From an uncultured bacterium (GTDB lineage Bacteria; Acidobacteriota; HRBIN11; JAKEFK01), in NCBI GenBank assembly GCA_963777505.1, contig CAVZQN010000004.1, positions 736,001-800,000 on the forward strand: DNA of 64,000 bases, in the 5' to 3' direction. Made by a program: the position numbers and the translations under genes. Below the pieces are notes generated by a model. It worked only from the letters and a program-made list of their open reading frames with translations, was not told the origin of the DNA and did no database searches. Below, one piece after another: positions 19,033 through 29,805 of this stretch (positions are counted from its first letter, which is position 1; every line of letters begins with the position of its first letter).

Positions 19033-22000
19033 ATGAATACAGAAATTCAGGTTTTGTTGGTCGAAGAGGAACTCGATACTCTGTCCGTTGTATCTCTATC
19101 ACTCGCAGAGTTAAAAGGATGCCGTCTTAATATTCAATCAGCCTTCGTTCATGCGCTCGATTCAATCCAGGAACAACCTCCAAACTTAATACTTTTTGCC
19201 CATGCTCTTCAGGGCACCGACAGTCTGAAATTCTTATCGGAGATTCATCGAAAATATCCAACAATTTATACAATCGTTTCACTTCCACAGCAGCATCAGG
19301 AAATGTCCGCAACCTACATTGAAGCTGGAGTCTATGACTGGATAGTTAAGGATAAGAACTACGTTTCCAACTTGATTGCAACAGTAAAAAATGCGCTAAC
19401 CCGCATTGCTGAGCGTGAATCCGTTGTCTTGCCTGAAATGATTCAAGCAGATCAACTTGCTCTGGAAGAAAATCTTGCAGATGTTGTCTTCGTACTTGAT
19501 GGTGACGGGAAATTCCTACACGTAAATCGTGCCATTACTGATTTGCTTGAGTATGAACAAAACGATGTAATTCATCTTCAGCTTGGCGAATTACTTCACA
19601 GTGCTGGAAAGCAGGATTTCGAAGAATTCATAAAAAATGGAAAGCCAAATCAGAAACTAAGAGGAAGCTTTTCAATCCGAAAGGGAAATGGCGTTATCGC
19701 AGAATTTGAAATGAATGCAGCGATTCAAGAAAACGGACAGATCCATGGAGTACTTCGAAAAGAAGAAGCATGGGAATTTGGTGATGCGGCTGCCGAAGCA
19801 TTGAGTGCTGGTTTTGGATCTGCGCTTGAGCGGACTCATCCTGAATTTGATATCGGAGGCGGAGAAGAAGAAACAAGCATTCCTGCGAGACTCGGTCCTT
19901 ACAGAGTCGTAACCATGCTCGGTGCTGGTTCGATGGGTAGAGTCTATAAAGGATTTGACGATCAATTGGATCGTCCTGTTGCGATCAAAGTAATCAGTCA
20001 GGCGCTGGCTCCCGATCCAGATTACCTGGAACGTTTTCAAAAGGAAGCACGCATTCTCGCAAGCATTTCTCATCCGAATATTGCGCTGATTTATTTTCTT
20101 GATAAAAATCACAAACCACCTTTCTTTTGCATGGAATTCATGCCCGGTGGATCGCTTGAAGATCTCCTGCAGGAAAAAAAGAAATTAGATCCAGAACTGG
20201 CAGTATCGTACACGATGCAGGTTGCGATCGGTCTTGATGAGGCATACAAACGGGGAATTGTTCATCAAGATATTAAACCATCCAACTTGATGATTGCTGA
20301 AAATGAACGATTGAAGATTGTGGACTTTGGTCTTGCGCGTACATCTCGCGAGATTGAAGAAGGTCCGCAGGTCATTGCCGGCACTCCTTTATATATAGCA
20401 CCGGAGCAAGTTCAGGAAGGCCGCACCGATTTTCGTTCAGATATTTATTCTCTTGGCGTTACCTTTTTTAGGGTGCTTTACGGTAGAACTCCTTTTGCTG
20501 GTGGTTCGCTTGTCGAGATTCTCTACAATCAATTTCATCAAGGTCTTCCTCCGCGTGAATCCCTGGATCCAGATGTTCCGAGTCAACTTTACACAATCAT
20601 TCAAGGAATGATCTCGACTGATTTATCGCGCCGCTACAATTCTTATTCTGATTTGATTCGGGATCTTGAAACTGCCCGCAGATCAATGTTGGCTGAAACC
20701 GTCACTGAAGAAATTGTTCCTCCGGCTCAAGCCGAGGTTATTCTTCGTGGACTTCTTTACGATCAGCCATTTGCCGAAGTGCTTGGAGAAATTGTTCGAA
20801 AGAATCTTTCAGGCAAACTGACATTAAGCTGGAAAGATTTATACAAAAATATTTTTGTCGAAGATGGAAAGATTGTTGGCGTACTTTCAAACCAGGAAGG
20901 CGAAAATTTTCTGGAACTTCTTCTTGAGAAAAATCGGATCAGTCCGAAAAAAGCTCGTGAAATCGGAAACAAGTCAATTGATTTGTACATGAATTATTCA
21001 ACAGCTTTAGGCGAGCTACCGCCGGAAGGGCAAACAAAGCTTCGTTCTGAATTGCAAGAACTTTCGTGGAAAATTCTAAACGGACTTTTTTCCTGGCTTG
21101 TAGGTGAAGTGATTTTCGAGTCGAGCCAAACTCCTGCGCGCATGATGATCCAAATTCCTTTAAGTGATGCCCTTGTGCGTGGAGTTAAAGAAACCGCTGA
21201 CTACAACTTCATTCGCCGTCGTTTGTTCTGGGGTAAATGCCGTATTCGAAAGAGCCACGATTTTCAGAAGAATCTGATGGCATTAAAAATGAAGTCATCC
21301 GATACTTTCTTGCTTTTCCGCTTCGAGGATCAAATATCCTTTGCAGATCTTTTTCCAATTACAGGTCTTCGTGAAGAAGAATTTTATAGACTTATCTATC
21401 TCTTTTTATGCTGTGATGTAGTAAAAATTGAAGAGGTTCAAGCGGAGCCTGTAGCAGTAAAAGAAATTCCGAAACGACCCGCAAGGCCCGTTTCAATTCC
21501 AGTAGAAATTCCAGCATCAAAAGTGCAGCCTCCTCCAAAACCTGCTGAAACTCCAGCAGCGAAACCTCCATCGCCTCCAGTTGCTGCTAAACCCACGCCG
21601 AGTCCGTTGCCGAAGACTCCATCGAAAGCTCCTTCTCCCGCACCAATTGTGCAAGACTCAGCTCCTCAGCTGGATCCAGTTGCCACAAAAATTCAATCTT
21701 CTCCGGCTGAAATTGCAAAGTATTATTACAACTGCGCTCTTGAGAGTTTCCATCAAAAAAATTATTGGGCAACCGTGGAATATTGCCACAAAACACTTTC
21801 ACATAAAAAGGATCCTCGCGCTTATCGATTGATGGGAAATGCATTTGCAACGCATCCGAAATTCAGACTGGAAGCAATGGAAGCTTACAAAAGAGCACTT
21901 GAGATCGATCCAAACAGTCCACAAACGATCCGTGATATCGCAGATTTGTACTACTCAACCGGAACGTATGCTCTTGCAAAAGCCAGATACCAGGATGTCC

Positions 22001-22074
22001 TCAATTTGGATCCGGATAATAGTTACGCTACGAAAAAGCTGGAAGAAATAAAGACTGAAAAGAAAGTGAAATAG
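19033..22074 (+). CDS. Multidomain Ser/Thr kinase: receiver-like + PAS + kinase + DUF4388-like + Pro-rich linker + TPR
   Basis: Kinase motifs GAGSMG, VAIK, HQDIKPSN, DFG, APE and SDIYSLG; PAS-like VFVLDGDGKFLHVN; SGKLTL..KNIFVEDGKIV (DUF4388-like); C-terminal TPRs. Confidence 0.88.
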   Translation: MNTEIQVLLVEEELDTLSVVSLSLAELKGCRLNIQSAFVHALDSIQEQPPNLILFAHALQGTDSLKFLSEIHRKYPTIYTIVSLPQQHQEMSATYIEAGVYDWIVKDKNYVSNLIATVKNALTRIAERESVVLPEMIQADQLALEENLADVVFVLDGDGKFLHVNRAITDLLEYEQNDVIHLQLGELLHSAGKQDFEEFIKNGKPNQKLRGSFSIRKGNGVIAEFEMNAAIQENGQIHGVLRKEEAWEFGDAAAEALSAGFGSALERTHPEFDIGGGEEETSIPARLGPYRVVTMLGAGSMGRVYKGFDDQLDRPVAIKVISQALAPDPDYLERFQKEARILASISHPNIALIYFLDKNHKPPFFCMEFMPGGSLEDLLQEKKKLDPELAVSYTMQVAIGLDEAYKRGIVHQDIKPSNLMIAENERLKIVDFGLARTSREIEEGPQVIAGTPLYIAPEQVQEGRTDFRSDIYSLGVTFFRVLYGRTPFAGGSLVEILYNQFHQGLPPRESLDPDVPSQLYTIIQGMISTDLSRRYNSYSDLIRDLETARRSMLAETVTEEIVPPAQAEVILRGLLYDQPFAEVLGEIVRKNLSGKLTLSWKDLYKNIFVEDGKIVGVLSNQEGENFLELLLEKNRISPKKAREIGNKSIDLYMNYSTALGELPPEGQTKLRSELQELSWKILNGLFSWLVGEVIFESSQTPARMMIQIPLSDALVRGVKETADYNFIRRRLFWGKCRIRKSHDFQKNLMALKMKSSDTFLLFRFEDQISFADLFPITGLREEEFYRLIYLFLCCDVVKIEEVQAEPVAVKEIPKRPARPVSIPVEIPASKVQPPPKPAETPAAKPPSPPVAAKPTPSPLPKTPSKAPSPAPIVQDSAPQLDPVATKIQSSPAEIAKYYYNCALESFHQKNYWATVEYCHKTLSHKKDPRAYRLMGNAFATHPKFRLEAMEAYKRALEIDPNSPQTIRDIADLYYSTGTYALAKARYQDVLNLDPDNSYATKKLEEIKTEKKVK

Positions 22075-22217
22075 AGTTTCGTATCACTTTATTCTTCAAT
22101 CACTTCCAGTTTCTAACCATTAAAAGCAATTCACTGGTTATAATGACTCAGGAGGCCTTTTTCACGACGTCCTGTGATTTTTGGTAGAATAGGATTGGCG
22201 AGGAGGGAGACTCGGGT

Positions 22218-24476
22218 ATGAGTAGCAAGGGCAGAACTCTGCACCAAATTCTTGATGCTGGTAAGCCTTTAGTTCCTGATCAAGTGTTTGCCATCGGTGT
22301 CGATCTAGCTCGGATCATTGATAGCCATCACAAACAAAACCGTATTTACGGAGGAGTCTATCCCGATCAGGTTCATGTTGAAACAGATGGTTTTGTCCAG
22401 ATCTACCCACTGGCTGCTCCGCGTCAAGCTGAAGACTTAACTCTTTCTTATTTATGTTTTGCTCCGCCTGAAATAGTAAAAGGAAAGCCTCCATCACCTT
22501 TATCTGATCTTTATTCGTTTGGCGCAATCTTGTATTCGCTGCTTACGGGAAGGATTCCATTTGATACCGGATCTCAGGATCAATTGATGGAAGATATTGA
22601 ACAATCAAAAATAAAACCACTTCCTATCCTTGCCGGAAATGGAAATCAAGCAGAACGGATTATCAGAAGATGCATGAGTTCCGAACCATTGCGTCGTTAT
22701 CAAAGCGCACAAGAAGTCTTATCTGAGTTACGTGGCTTATCGCGAACTTCGCGTTCTTTACCGGGACAAAGTCAATCAATAGCGGCACAATATGTACCAT
22801 CAATAGCGGCAACACCGGGTTTATTAAAAAAACACAGAAATCTTGTTGCGATTATTGCGGGTGTTGTTATTTTGTTGGGAGCCGGACTCTTCTTTTTTCC
22901 AAAGGGTCAAGGACCAGCCAAAACGTCGAAATCATCCTGGCTTGATCGTTCAGTCGCTGCAACACCGGAAATCGAACGCGATCCAGCGATCTCACCATCC
23001 GGCGATACTATTGCGTATGTTGCGAATTCTACAGGCAATTGGGAAATATACGTACGGCAAATTTCTGCAACTCAACCAATCGCAATCACTCAAAGTCCAG
23101 GGACCGAGGAAAATCCCAAATGGTCTCCTGATGGCAATCAGATTCTATTCACTTATAAAGGTCCAGGAGTTCCTTCTACATTATTCATAGTCGCACCTAC
23201 TGGTGGAATTCCACAAAAAATTGCTGATCAAGCTATTGATGGACAATGGTCTCCTGATGGCACAAAAATTTGCTATGTAACTCCTGCTGAAGCAAGTTCA
23301 CGAAGTTTGATTGTTTTGGATTGGAAAGAACAAAAAACCACAACTCTCCTTCAAAGTGAGAAAGGACTTGCTCATCCTTCATTCTCACGCGATGGAACTG
23401 AAATCGTTGCCGAAGCCGATATCGGTTCAAGTCATGGGTTGCTTCTAATTGACGTTGAATCAGGTGAGAAAAAAATCTTAACAAAGGATGCTTTTGATCA
23501 GAGTCCCTCATGGAGCTGGGTTACTGATTCCATATTGTTTTCCTCAAATCGGACTAATAGTTTCAAAATATGGAAAACCGATCGGGACGGAAAGATGGAA
23601 CAGATCACTCGAGGAAAAGGGGATGACTTTAATCCTTCACCGGCAATAAACGGAACGGATTTTGTCTACTATAGACAATCCAATTTAAGTGAGATCCATT
23701 CTATTAATCCTGATGCGGTGAATGAATCGAATCGTTCAACTGCTGTGGCAAAAAGTTTTTATCCGCGCATTATTTCGCGAGATTCATTTGCCTTTTTAAG
23801 CGAACAAGGCAAAGGATTCGATTTGAAATGGGGCATACAAGGCTCCAATGTTGCGACCACTCTAATGCAATCTCTTCCTGCAGCATTCACTTTTGCCGTA
23901 TCCCAGGATGGTTCTTATATATACCTCGAACAGTCTGAGCATGGGCTCGCGCAGATCAATCTAAAGGATGGAACTTCGATCGATCTTGGCAGCACTACAG
24001 TTCTACCGTACGAAGCTTCTCCTGACAAAAGGCTTTTGTTCTATGCAGTCCGGCGAGCAGACAGCATGGTATATAAACTAAAGGATCTGAAAACACAGCA
24101 AGAAGAGGATTTATTTATTCGTCCAAATAAACTTCGGATCATTCGCTCCTTCTGGTTAGACAATTCTAGAATTTGCTGGCTTGCTGCTGATGGATCAGTC
24201 TCATTGTGGGCAATCAAGGAAAATAAGATTTCACAAATCCTGACAGGATGTTACGACTTTGCGGTAAGACCTCGCACAGAAGTTGCTGCAGCACTCATTG
24301 GCAACAAACCTGAAGGTGCGATGCTTGCGTTGATTGATTTCAAAAGTGGTAAGCGAGTGGATCTAAAAAGTTTTGATCAAGATGGATATTCACGAAATCT
24401 TGATTGGTCGCGTGATGGAAAATTAATTTACTACGATCGATTCCGCAAAGACTCTGACCTCTACATCGCCGAATAA
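22218..24476 (+). CDS. Truncated pseudokinase - TM - PD40/TolB-like beta-propeller protein
   Basis: Kinase C-lobe only (APPE, SDLYSFG, GRIPF, RRYQSA); HRD replaced by YGG and no DFG; one TM; repeated PAISPSG/PKWSPDG/WSPDG/FSRDG blades. Confidence 0.8.
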   Translation: MSSKGRTLHQILDAGKPLVPDQVFAIGVDLARIIDSHHKQNRIYGGVYPDQVHVETDGFVQIYPLAAPRQAEDLTLSYLCFAPPEIVKGKPPSPLSDLYSFGAILYSLLTGRIPFDTGSQDQLMEDIEQSKIKPLPILAGNGNQAERIIRRCMSSEPLRRYQSAQEVLSELRGLSRTSRSLPGQSQSIAAQYVPSIAATPGLLKKHRNLVAIIAGVVILLGAGLFFFPKGQGPAKTSKSSWLDRSVAATPEIERDPAISPSGDTIAYVANSTGNWEIYVRQISATQPIAITQSPGTEENPKWSPDGNQILFTYKGPGVPSTLFIVAPTGGIPQKIADQAIDGQWSPDGTKICYVTPAEASSRSLIVLDWKEQKTTTLLQSEKGLAHPSFSRDGTEIVAEADIGSSHGLLLIDVESGEKKILTKDAFDQSPSWSWVTDSILFSSNRTNSFKIWKTDRDGKMEQITRGKGDDFNPSPAINGTDFVYYRQSNLSEIHSINPDAVNESNRSTAVAKSFYPRIISRDSFAFLSEQGKGFDLKWGIQGSNVATTLMQSLPAAFTFAVSQDGSYIYLEQSEHGLAQINLKDGTSIDLGSTTVLPYEASPDKRLLFYAVRRADSMVYKLKDLKTQQEEDLFIRPNKLRIIRSFWLDNSRICWLAADGSVSLWAIKENKISQILTGCYDFAVRPRTEVAAALIGNKPEGAMLALIDFKSGKRVDLKSFDQDGYSRNLDWSRDGKLIYYDRFRKDSDLYIAE

Positions 24477-24512
24477 TTTTATCTCACCGAAAACGCTCAA
24501 AGAAATTTGAAG

Positions 24513-24585
24513 TAGCGGTACGGGGATTCGAACCCCGGTTTGATGGCTGAGAACCACCCGTCCTAGTCCCCTAGACGATACCGCC
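24513..24585 (-). tRNA. tRNA-Glu (CTC)
   Basis: GGCGGTATCGTCTAGGGGACTAGGACGGGTGGTT-CTC-AGCCATCAAACCGGGGTTCGAATCCCCGTACCGCTA folds as a cloverleaf with a TTCGAAT T-loop; CCA not encoded. Confidence 0.95.
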
Positions 24586-24593
24586 AAAAAGGA

Positions 24594-24642
24594 AAGATAC
24601 AAGATACAGGATTCAAGATACAGGATGCAAGAAGCAAGATGC
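24594..24642. repeat. Heptamer tandem repeat (aRgatNc x7)
   Basis: aagatac aagatac aggattc aagatac aggatgc aagaagc aagatgc, immediately upstream of tRNA-Glu. Confidence 0.75.
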
Positions 24643-24721
24643 AGGGCCACTTGCATTTCTAATGCCTGTGGTAGAATGCACTGGTTCAATAATTGAATAT
24701 TTATAAGTAGGAGGAAAGTCG

Positions 24722-25003
24722 TTGAACAGAACCCAATTGGTTGACGCCATAGCGAAACAGACTAAGCTCAGCAAGAAGCAAGCTAATTCAGCGCTTCAGG
24801 CGACCCTAGATAGCATTTCTGATGCGATGAAAAAGGGCCAGAGAGTAGCGTTGATTGGTTTTGGCACCTTTGGCGCCGTTATGCGCAAAGCTCGAAAAGG
24901 AATTAATCCAAAAACGAGACAGGTGATCAAGATTGCTGCAAAGCGTGTTCCCAAATTTAAGGCAGGAAAGCAGTTAAGTAAGATGGTTCAAAAGATGAAA
25001 TAG
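24722..25003 (+). CDS. hup: HU family DNA-binding protein
   Basis: MNRTQLVDAIA, V.LIGFGTF, RKARKGINPKT, VPKFKAGK; AGGAGG RBS and TTG start. Confidence 0.95.
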   Translation: MNRTQLVDAIAKQTKLSKKQANSALQATLDSISDAMKKGQRVALIGFGTFGAVMRKARKGINPKTRQVIKIAAKRVPKFKAGKQLSKMVQKMK

Positions 25004-25030
25004 GTTTTACAAATTGACTGCAATTAAGAA

Positions 25031-25063
25031 GGCCGGGAACATCCTTTATTGGAATTCCCGGCC
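25031..25063 (+). terminator. Probable terminator hairpin after HU
   Basis: ggccgggaa...ttcccggcc stem followed by ctgatttt. Confidence 0.6.
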
Positions 25064-25085
25064 CTGATTTTCTGAACCCCACCTC

Positions 25086-25631
25086 ATGAAATTTTCAATC
25101 ATATTTTTTCCCTCATTTGCTTTGAGTCTTTTGATGGTGCTTTCATGCTCCAGAAGTGCTGAGAAAGATCCTCGCGTCGAAAAACTTCAGAATGAAGTGC
25201 AGAATCTCGCGCAACAAAATAAAGAACTTCAGACTCAAATTCGCCAGTTGCAGTCTGAGATGCATGAACTAAAAGAGCAGCAAGTGATAAAGGCACCGCA
25301 AACAAAGCCCCAAGATCAAAAAATGACTGTAGATATGATGAAGATTGAAATCAAACCAGCCTTAGCAGAAGCGATTCGGGATGTCCGAAAAAAGGCCGAA
25401 ACACCGCGTAAAGGGACTCAATTTGGCATGCGCATTGAATATGATTTGCAAAAAGCATTTTATGGATTAATTGAAACCGGCGATGCACGTGTGCCTTATC
25501 AAGCTAAAGTTATTGTTACGTTTGAAAAATTTTTAGAATCAGATAATGAATCTAAATCCTATGGTAAAGGGTCGACCATGTTGATGTTTTCCTACCGGAA
25601 ACAGAAATGGGTTCTTGACTCAGCCCAGTAA
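25086..25631 (+). CDS. Hypothetical lipoprotein with coiled coil
   Basis: Signal peptide ending LSC; heptad-rich segment. Confidence 0.7.
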   Translation: MKFSIIFFPSFALSLLMVLSCSRSAEKDPRVEKLQNEVQNLAQQNKELQTQIRQLQSEMHELKEQQVIKAPQTKPQDQKMTVDMMKIEIKPALAEAIRDVRKKAETPRKGTQFGMRIEYDLQKAFYGLIETGDARVPYQAKVIVTFEKFLESDNESKSYGKGSTMLMFSYRKQKWVLDSAQ

Positions 25632-25657
25632 GAATTAACTTAACCGCAACGTCGTCT

Positions 25658-26050
25658 ATGTTCTGGATTGTCATAATTTTCGTTTTTCTGGTCTCAGTTT
25701 TTGCCTTTATTATTATCGCGCGAAAAGGCAGAGAACTGCGCCGTGCGCAACCTTTGCCGCCTCCTGCTAAGACAGGATTCCTGCGATGGGTCGATAATGG
25801 TAAAAATCTGGAAGAGCAGATCCATACGCCGTTTTATATCGGCCGAAAGCCGGATAGTAATGTCGTTATCAACAGCGTTCGCACAGATTATGAAGTTTGC
25901 ATTTTCTATCATAACGATCGATTTGCCTTTCAGACTCTCGATAAAGCCGGTGAAATTCTTCATAACGGAGAAGAAACATTAGCCGGCTATTTAGCCGATG
26001 GTGATGTTTTGAAAATCGGGGGACGAGATTTTTCTTTCCGATGTTTTTAG
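25658..26050 (+). CDS. Membrane-anchored FHA-domain protein (degenerate)
   Basis: N-terminal TM; FYIGRKPDSNVVI and LADGDVLKIG. The SxxH and NG phospho-binding motifs are not evident. Confidence 0.7.
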   Translation: MFWIVIIFVFLVSVFAFIIIARKGRELRRAQPLPPPAKTGFLRWVDNGKNLEEQIHTPFYIGRKPDSNVVINSVRTDYEVCIFYHNDRFAFQTLDKAGEILHNGEETLAGYLADGDVLKIGGRDFSFRCF

Positions 26051-26089
26051 TTAACCGCCATGACACGAAGCATGTATAATTCGCACAAT

Positions 26090-28527
26090 ATGAAAAATGC
26101 AATTTTGAGTTTAGTGTTCGTTCTCGCTTCATCAGTTTTATATGCTGAGAAACTGCCAACAATTGATGCCAAAGTTTCTTCAATGAAAAAGTATTCTGGC
26201 TTTTTTACATTTTATTGGGACGAACAACCGGGAAAATCTATTTAGAGATCGACAAATGGGAAAAAGAATTTATCTACATTAATGCCCTTCCTGCGGGAAT
26301 CGGATCCAATGACATCGGTTTGGACCGAGGTCAAATTGGTGAAAACAGAATCGTTTATTTTTGGCGCTCGGGCCCTCGTGTCCTTTTGATCCAGCCAAAT
26401 TATTCCTATCGAGCCAATACTTCTGATCCAGCTGAAAAACGTGCGGTGGATGAATCATTTGCGAAATCAGTTTTATGGGGATTTACATCCGTTTCCGAAC
26501 AAAACGGAAATGTGCTTGTTGATGCTACAGAGTTCTTTCTTCGTGATGCGCATCACGTTGTTGGTCAGTTAAAGGAAACAAAGCAAGGTACATTTGCATT
26601 GGAAGCTTCTCGTTCAGCAATTTATCTTCCGAACACAAAGAATTTTCCATTGAACACAGAAGTGGAAAGTATTTTGACATTTACAGGCAGCGAGCCTGGC
26701 GATTTTGTGAAACAGGTCGTTCCTTCTCCGCAAAATATTACAGTCCGGCAGCATCATTCATTCGTGAATTTACCGGAACCAGGATACACGCCGCGCGAAT
26801 TCGATCCGCGTGCCGGCTATTTTGGAATCACATTTATGGATTATGCAACTCCGGTTCAAGAATCAATTCGCAAACGCTGGATTTGCAGATATCGTTTGGA
26901 AAAGAAAGATCCTTCTGCTGCAGTCAGTGAAGCAGTAAAACCAATTGTGTACTATCTCGATTCTGGTACGCCGGAACCGATCCGGTCTGCTTTGCTTGAT
27001 GGTGCGCGGTGGTGGAATCAAGCATTTGAAGCGGCAGGATATCAAAACGCTTTTCGCGTTGAGATGCTTCCGGAAGGCGCCGACTTGCTGGATGTTCGAT
27101 ATAACGTGATTACATGGGTTCATCGCGCAACGCGCGGTTGGTCCTATGGAAATGTCGTTGCGGATCCTCGAACGGGTGAAATCATCAAAGGACATGTAAG
27201 TCTTGGATCTTTGCGCGTGCGTCAAGATTATCTGATTGCGGAAGGGCTGCTGGCTCCATATGAAAAAGGCAAACAACCCGATCCGGCTTTGTTGCAGATG
27301 GCGCTCTCACGCTTGAAGCAACTTTCAGCGCACGAAGTGGGACACACATTGGGCCTGAACCATAACTACATCGCAAGTACCAACAATAGAGCCTCGGTTA
27401 TGGATTATCCTCATCCGCTCGTATCTATAAAGGAAGATGGCTCATTGGATTTACAACAAGCGTATGCAATTGGTATGGGAGAGTGGGACAAAATTGCAAT
27501 CGCATATGGATATCAGGACTTTCCAAAAAATACGGATGAACGAAAAGAGCTTGATGCAATTCTACAAAACGGAATCGCTCGTAACGTCATTTTCTTAACC
27601 GATCAAGATGCGCGTCCAGACAATAGCTCCCATCCGCGAACTCATCTCTGGGACAACAATCCGGATGCAGTCACAGAATTGGATCGTGTTATGAAAATCC
27701 GTGAACGAGCCATTGGGAATTTTTCGGAAAAAAATATTCGCGAAGGCGCGCCATTATCTACTTTGGAAAATGCACTTGTACCGATGTATCTATTTCATCG
27801 CTATCAACTGATTTCTGCGGCTAAAGTGCTTGGAGGCCTGGATTATACATATGCGCTTCGCGGAGATAATCAAAAACCAGTCGAGATTGTGCCGGCTGAT
27901 GAGCAACGGCGTGCATTGAAATCGTTGCTTGCAACTCTGGATCCCCAGGCTCTTGCATTACCTGAGAACATTCTTAGATTAATTCCACCAACTCCTGATG
28001 GTTACGAACGCGATCGTGAACATTTTCAACTTCGAACTGCGCCTGCATTTGATCCGCTTTCCGCTGCAGAAACTGCGTCTACGATGACTGTGAATTTGAT
28101 TTTGAATCCTGAACGCGCGGCAAGATTGATTGAGTATCATGGAAGAGATAAGGCGTATCCCGGGTTCATTGAAGTCGTTGATGCGCTGATGAAATCAACA
28201 TGGAAAGCGCCTCATTCAACGGACTTAAATGGTGAAATCCGCCGCGCTGTTGATACGATTGTTCTGAACCGGCTGATGTGGCTTTCATCGAACGATCAAG
28301 CACGCAATCAAGTGCGCGCAATCGCAGCCTCACAGATTGAATCATTAAGGAAATGGATTGGTGGTCAACTGGCTGCAGTTTCGAATCTGGATCAAAAAGC
28401 GCATCTACAATTCTCGCTTTCCCAGATTGAACTTTTTAAGCAGGATCCAACGCGCGTAAAATTCACTGTGCCGGTTCAAACTCCTGCAGGTGCACCGATC
28501 GGTTCGTTGTGCTCTTTTGAGCCTTAA
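26090..28527 (+). CDS. Secreted zinc-dependent metalloprotease (metzincin, DUF5117/DUF4953-type); single frameshift near 26228
   Basis: The signal-peptide ORF MKNAILSLVF...GFFTFYWDEQ joins the TGKIYLEI... ORF by one base; HEVGHTLGLNHN and SVMDY Met-turn motifs. Confidence 0.85.
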
Positions 28528-29087
28528 CGTTTTGCCGACTTTCGTTCTGCTTTCGATTTGATCTTTCTCAAAATTTCACGCCGGATCAATCCGCTGAACG
28601 GTGCAATAACACGCCAATATTCGTTGAAAGACGAAATTGCACTGCCGTAACTTAACACTCTCGTTTCAGTAATGACATCGCACAATCCTGGTTTTTGTTC
28701 TTCAATCCTCAAGTTTAAAGCTGCTTTGCAGAAGCCATCTTTTTCGAAATTTAAGAATTCATCTAAACTGTGAATCTTTATCGGAACCGAAACTGGTTTC
28801 CAGAATTGCCCGATGATCCCGATTACAATTTCCCGGTTCTCAAGCTGCTTCAGTCTGTAGAATGCGTTCTCAGAAGTTGTGCTTGTTCTACTTTTTCGAA
28901 ATAAACGTGGCAAGCCGCGCAAAGCCATCAAAAGTTTTGTAAGTGCCCCAACAGGAAGTCCTTCATCAAGAACTCGATAGATCCGTTCAGGCGGAGCATT
29001 TACACGGATTGAATATTTTGCAGAAACATCATACTTGGGAAGAATTTCATCAAGAAGCTTATGTTGCAAGTGGTAACCTGAGCTCAC
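28524..29087 (-). CDS. Hypothetical protein (DUF2867/SRPBCC-like)
   Basis: LDEILPKYDV, LMALRGLP, GIIGQFW, TETRV and YWRVIAPFSGLIRR look like a conserved family. Confidence 0.7.
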   Translation of the reverse strand: MSSGYHLQHKLLDEILPKYDVSAKYSIRVNAPPERIYRVLDEGLPVGALTKLLMALRGLPRLFRKSRTSTTSENAFYRLKQLENREIVIGIIGQFWKPVSVPIKIHSLDEFLNFEKDGFCKAALNLRIEEQKPGLCDVITETRVLSYGSAISSFNEYWRVIAPFSGLIRREILRKIKSKAERKSAKR

Positions 29088-29121
29088 AAGATTACAATAA
29101 TATATGTAATGGAGAAAAACA

Positions 29122-29763
29122 TTGTTTACACCAGAAGATGAAGTTGAAATTCGTAAACGTCTGGATGATGTTACAGAACCGGTAAAGATGATTTTATTTA
29201 CGCAAACGGATTGTGAAACTTGTGATGATACAGAAGCGTTGCTGAGTGAATTATCGAAGCTTTCAACAAAATTAATTTTTGAAGTCTACGATCTGCAAAA
29301 AGACCATGAAAAAGCAGAGCAATATAAAGTTACACGGGCACCTACGACGATTCTAGAGGGAGACCGTGATTATGGAATCCGTTTTTTGGGAATTCCTGCA
29401 GGTTATGAATTTGCAAGCGTACTGGAAGATATTGTATCGATTGGCAGGCGTCAATCAGGACTCAGTCCGGAGTCGCGGCAAAAGATTCAAGCAAATAAAA
29501 TTCCGGTAAATCTGAAGGTATTTGTCACACCTGGCTGACCACATTGCCCGTCAGCCGTTGTGCTGTCACATTGGATGGCGATGGAAAGTGATGTCATTAC
29601 TTCAGAAGCCATCGAAGCGACGGAATTTCCAGATCTTGCCAGGCAATATCGAGTTATGGCCGTTCCAAGAACGGTTATCAATGAACATGAAGTCATTGAA
29701 GGTGCTATTCCTGAATCAATGTTTGTAGATCGCGTATCTAGCTTCTCTGCGGTAAAGAAATAG
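29122..29763 (+). CDS. Two-domain thioredoxin-fold protein-disulfide oxidoreductase (AhpF-NTD/PDO-like), probable selenoprotein with Sec at TGA 29536-29538
   Basis: ORFs 29122-29538 and 29560-29763 are in the same frame and read VFVTPG-U-PHCP through the TGA; N-domain CETC, GIPAGYEF, C-terminal MAVPRTVIN..EGAIPE; GGAG RBS before TTG. Confidence 0.88.
29544..29581 (+). promoter_or_regulatory. Candidate bacterial SECIS hairpin
   Basis: cagc-CGUUGU-gcug apical hairpin with the loop starting 17 nt after UGA; lower stem weak and not folded computationally. Confidence 0.45.
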
Positions 29764-29805
29764 ACAACCGCCCGGTATTCTTGTAATGTGAGTTGTCGAA
29801 AATCG

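Noticed and set aside
26215-26245. Programmed ribosomal frameshift in the metalloprotease
   Set aside because: No convincing slippery site with a stimulatory structure, and several similar indels in the window favour sequencing error.
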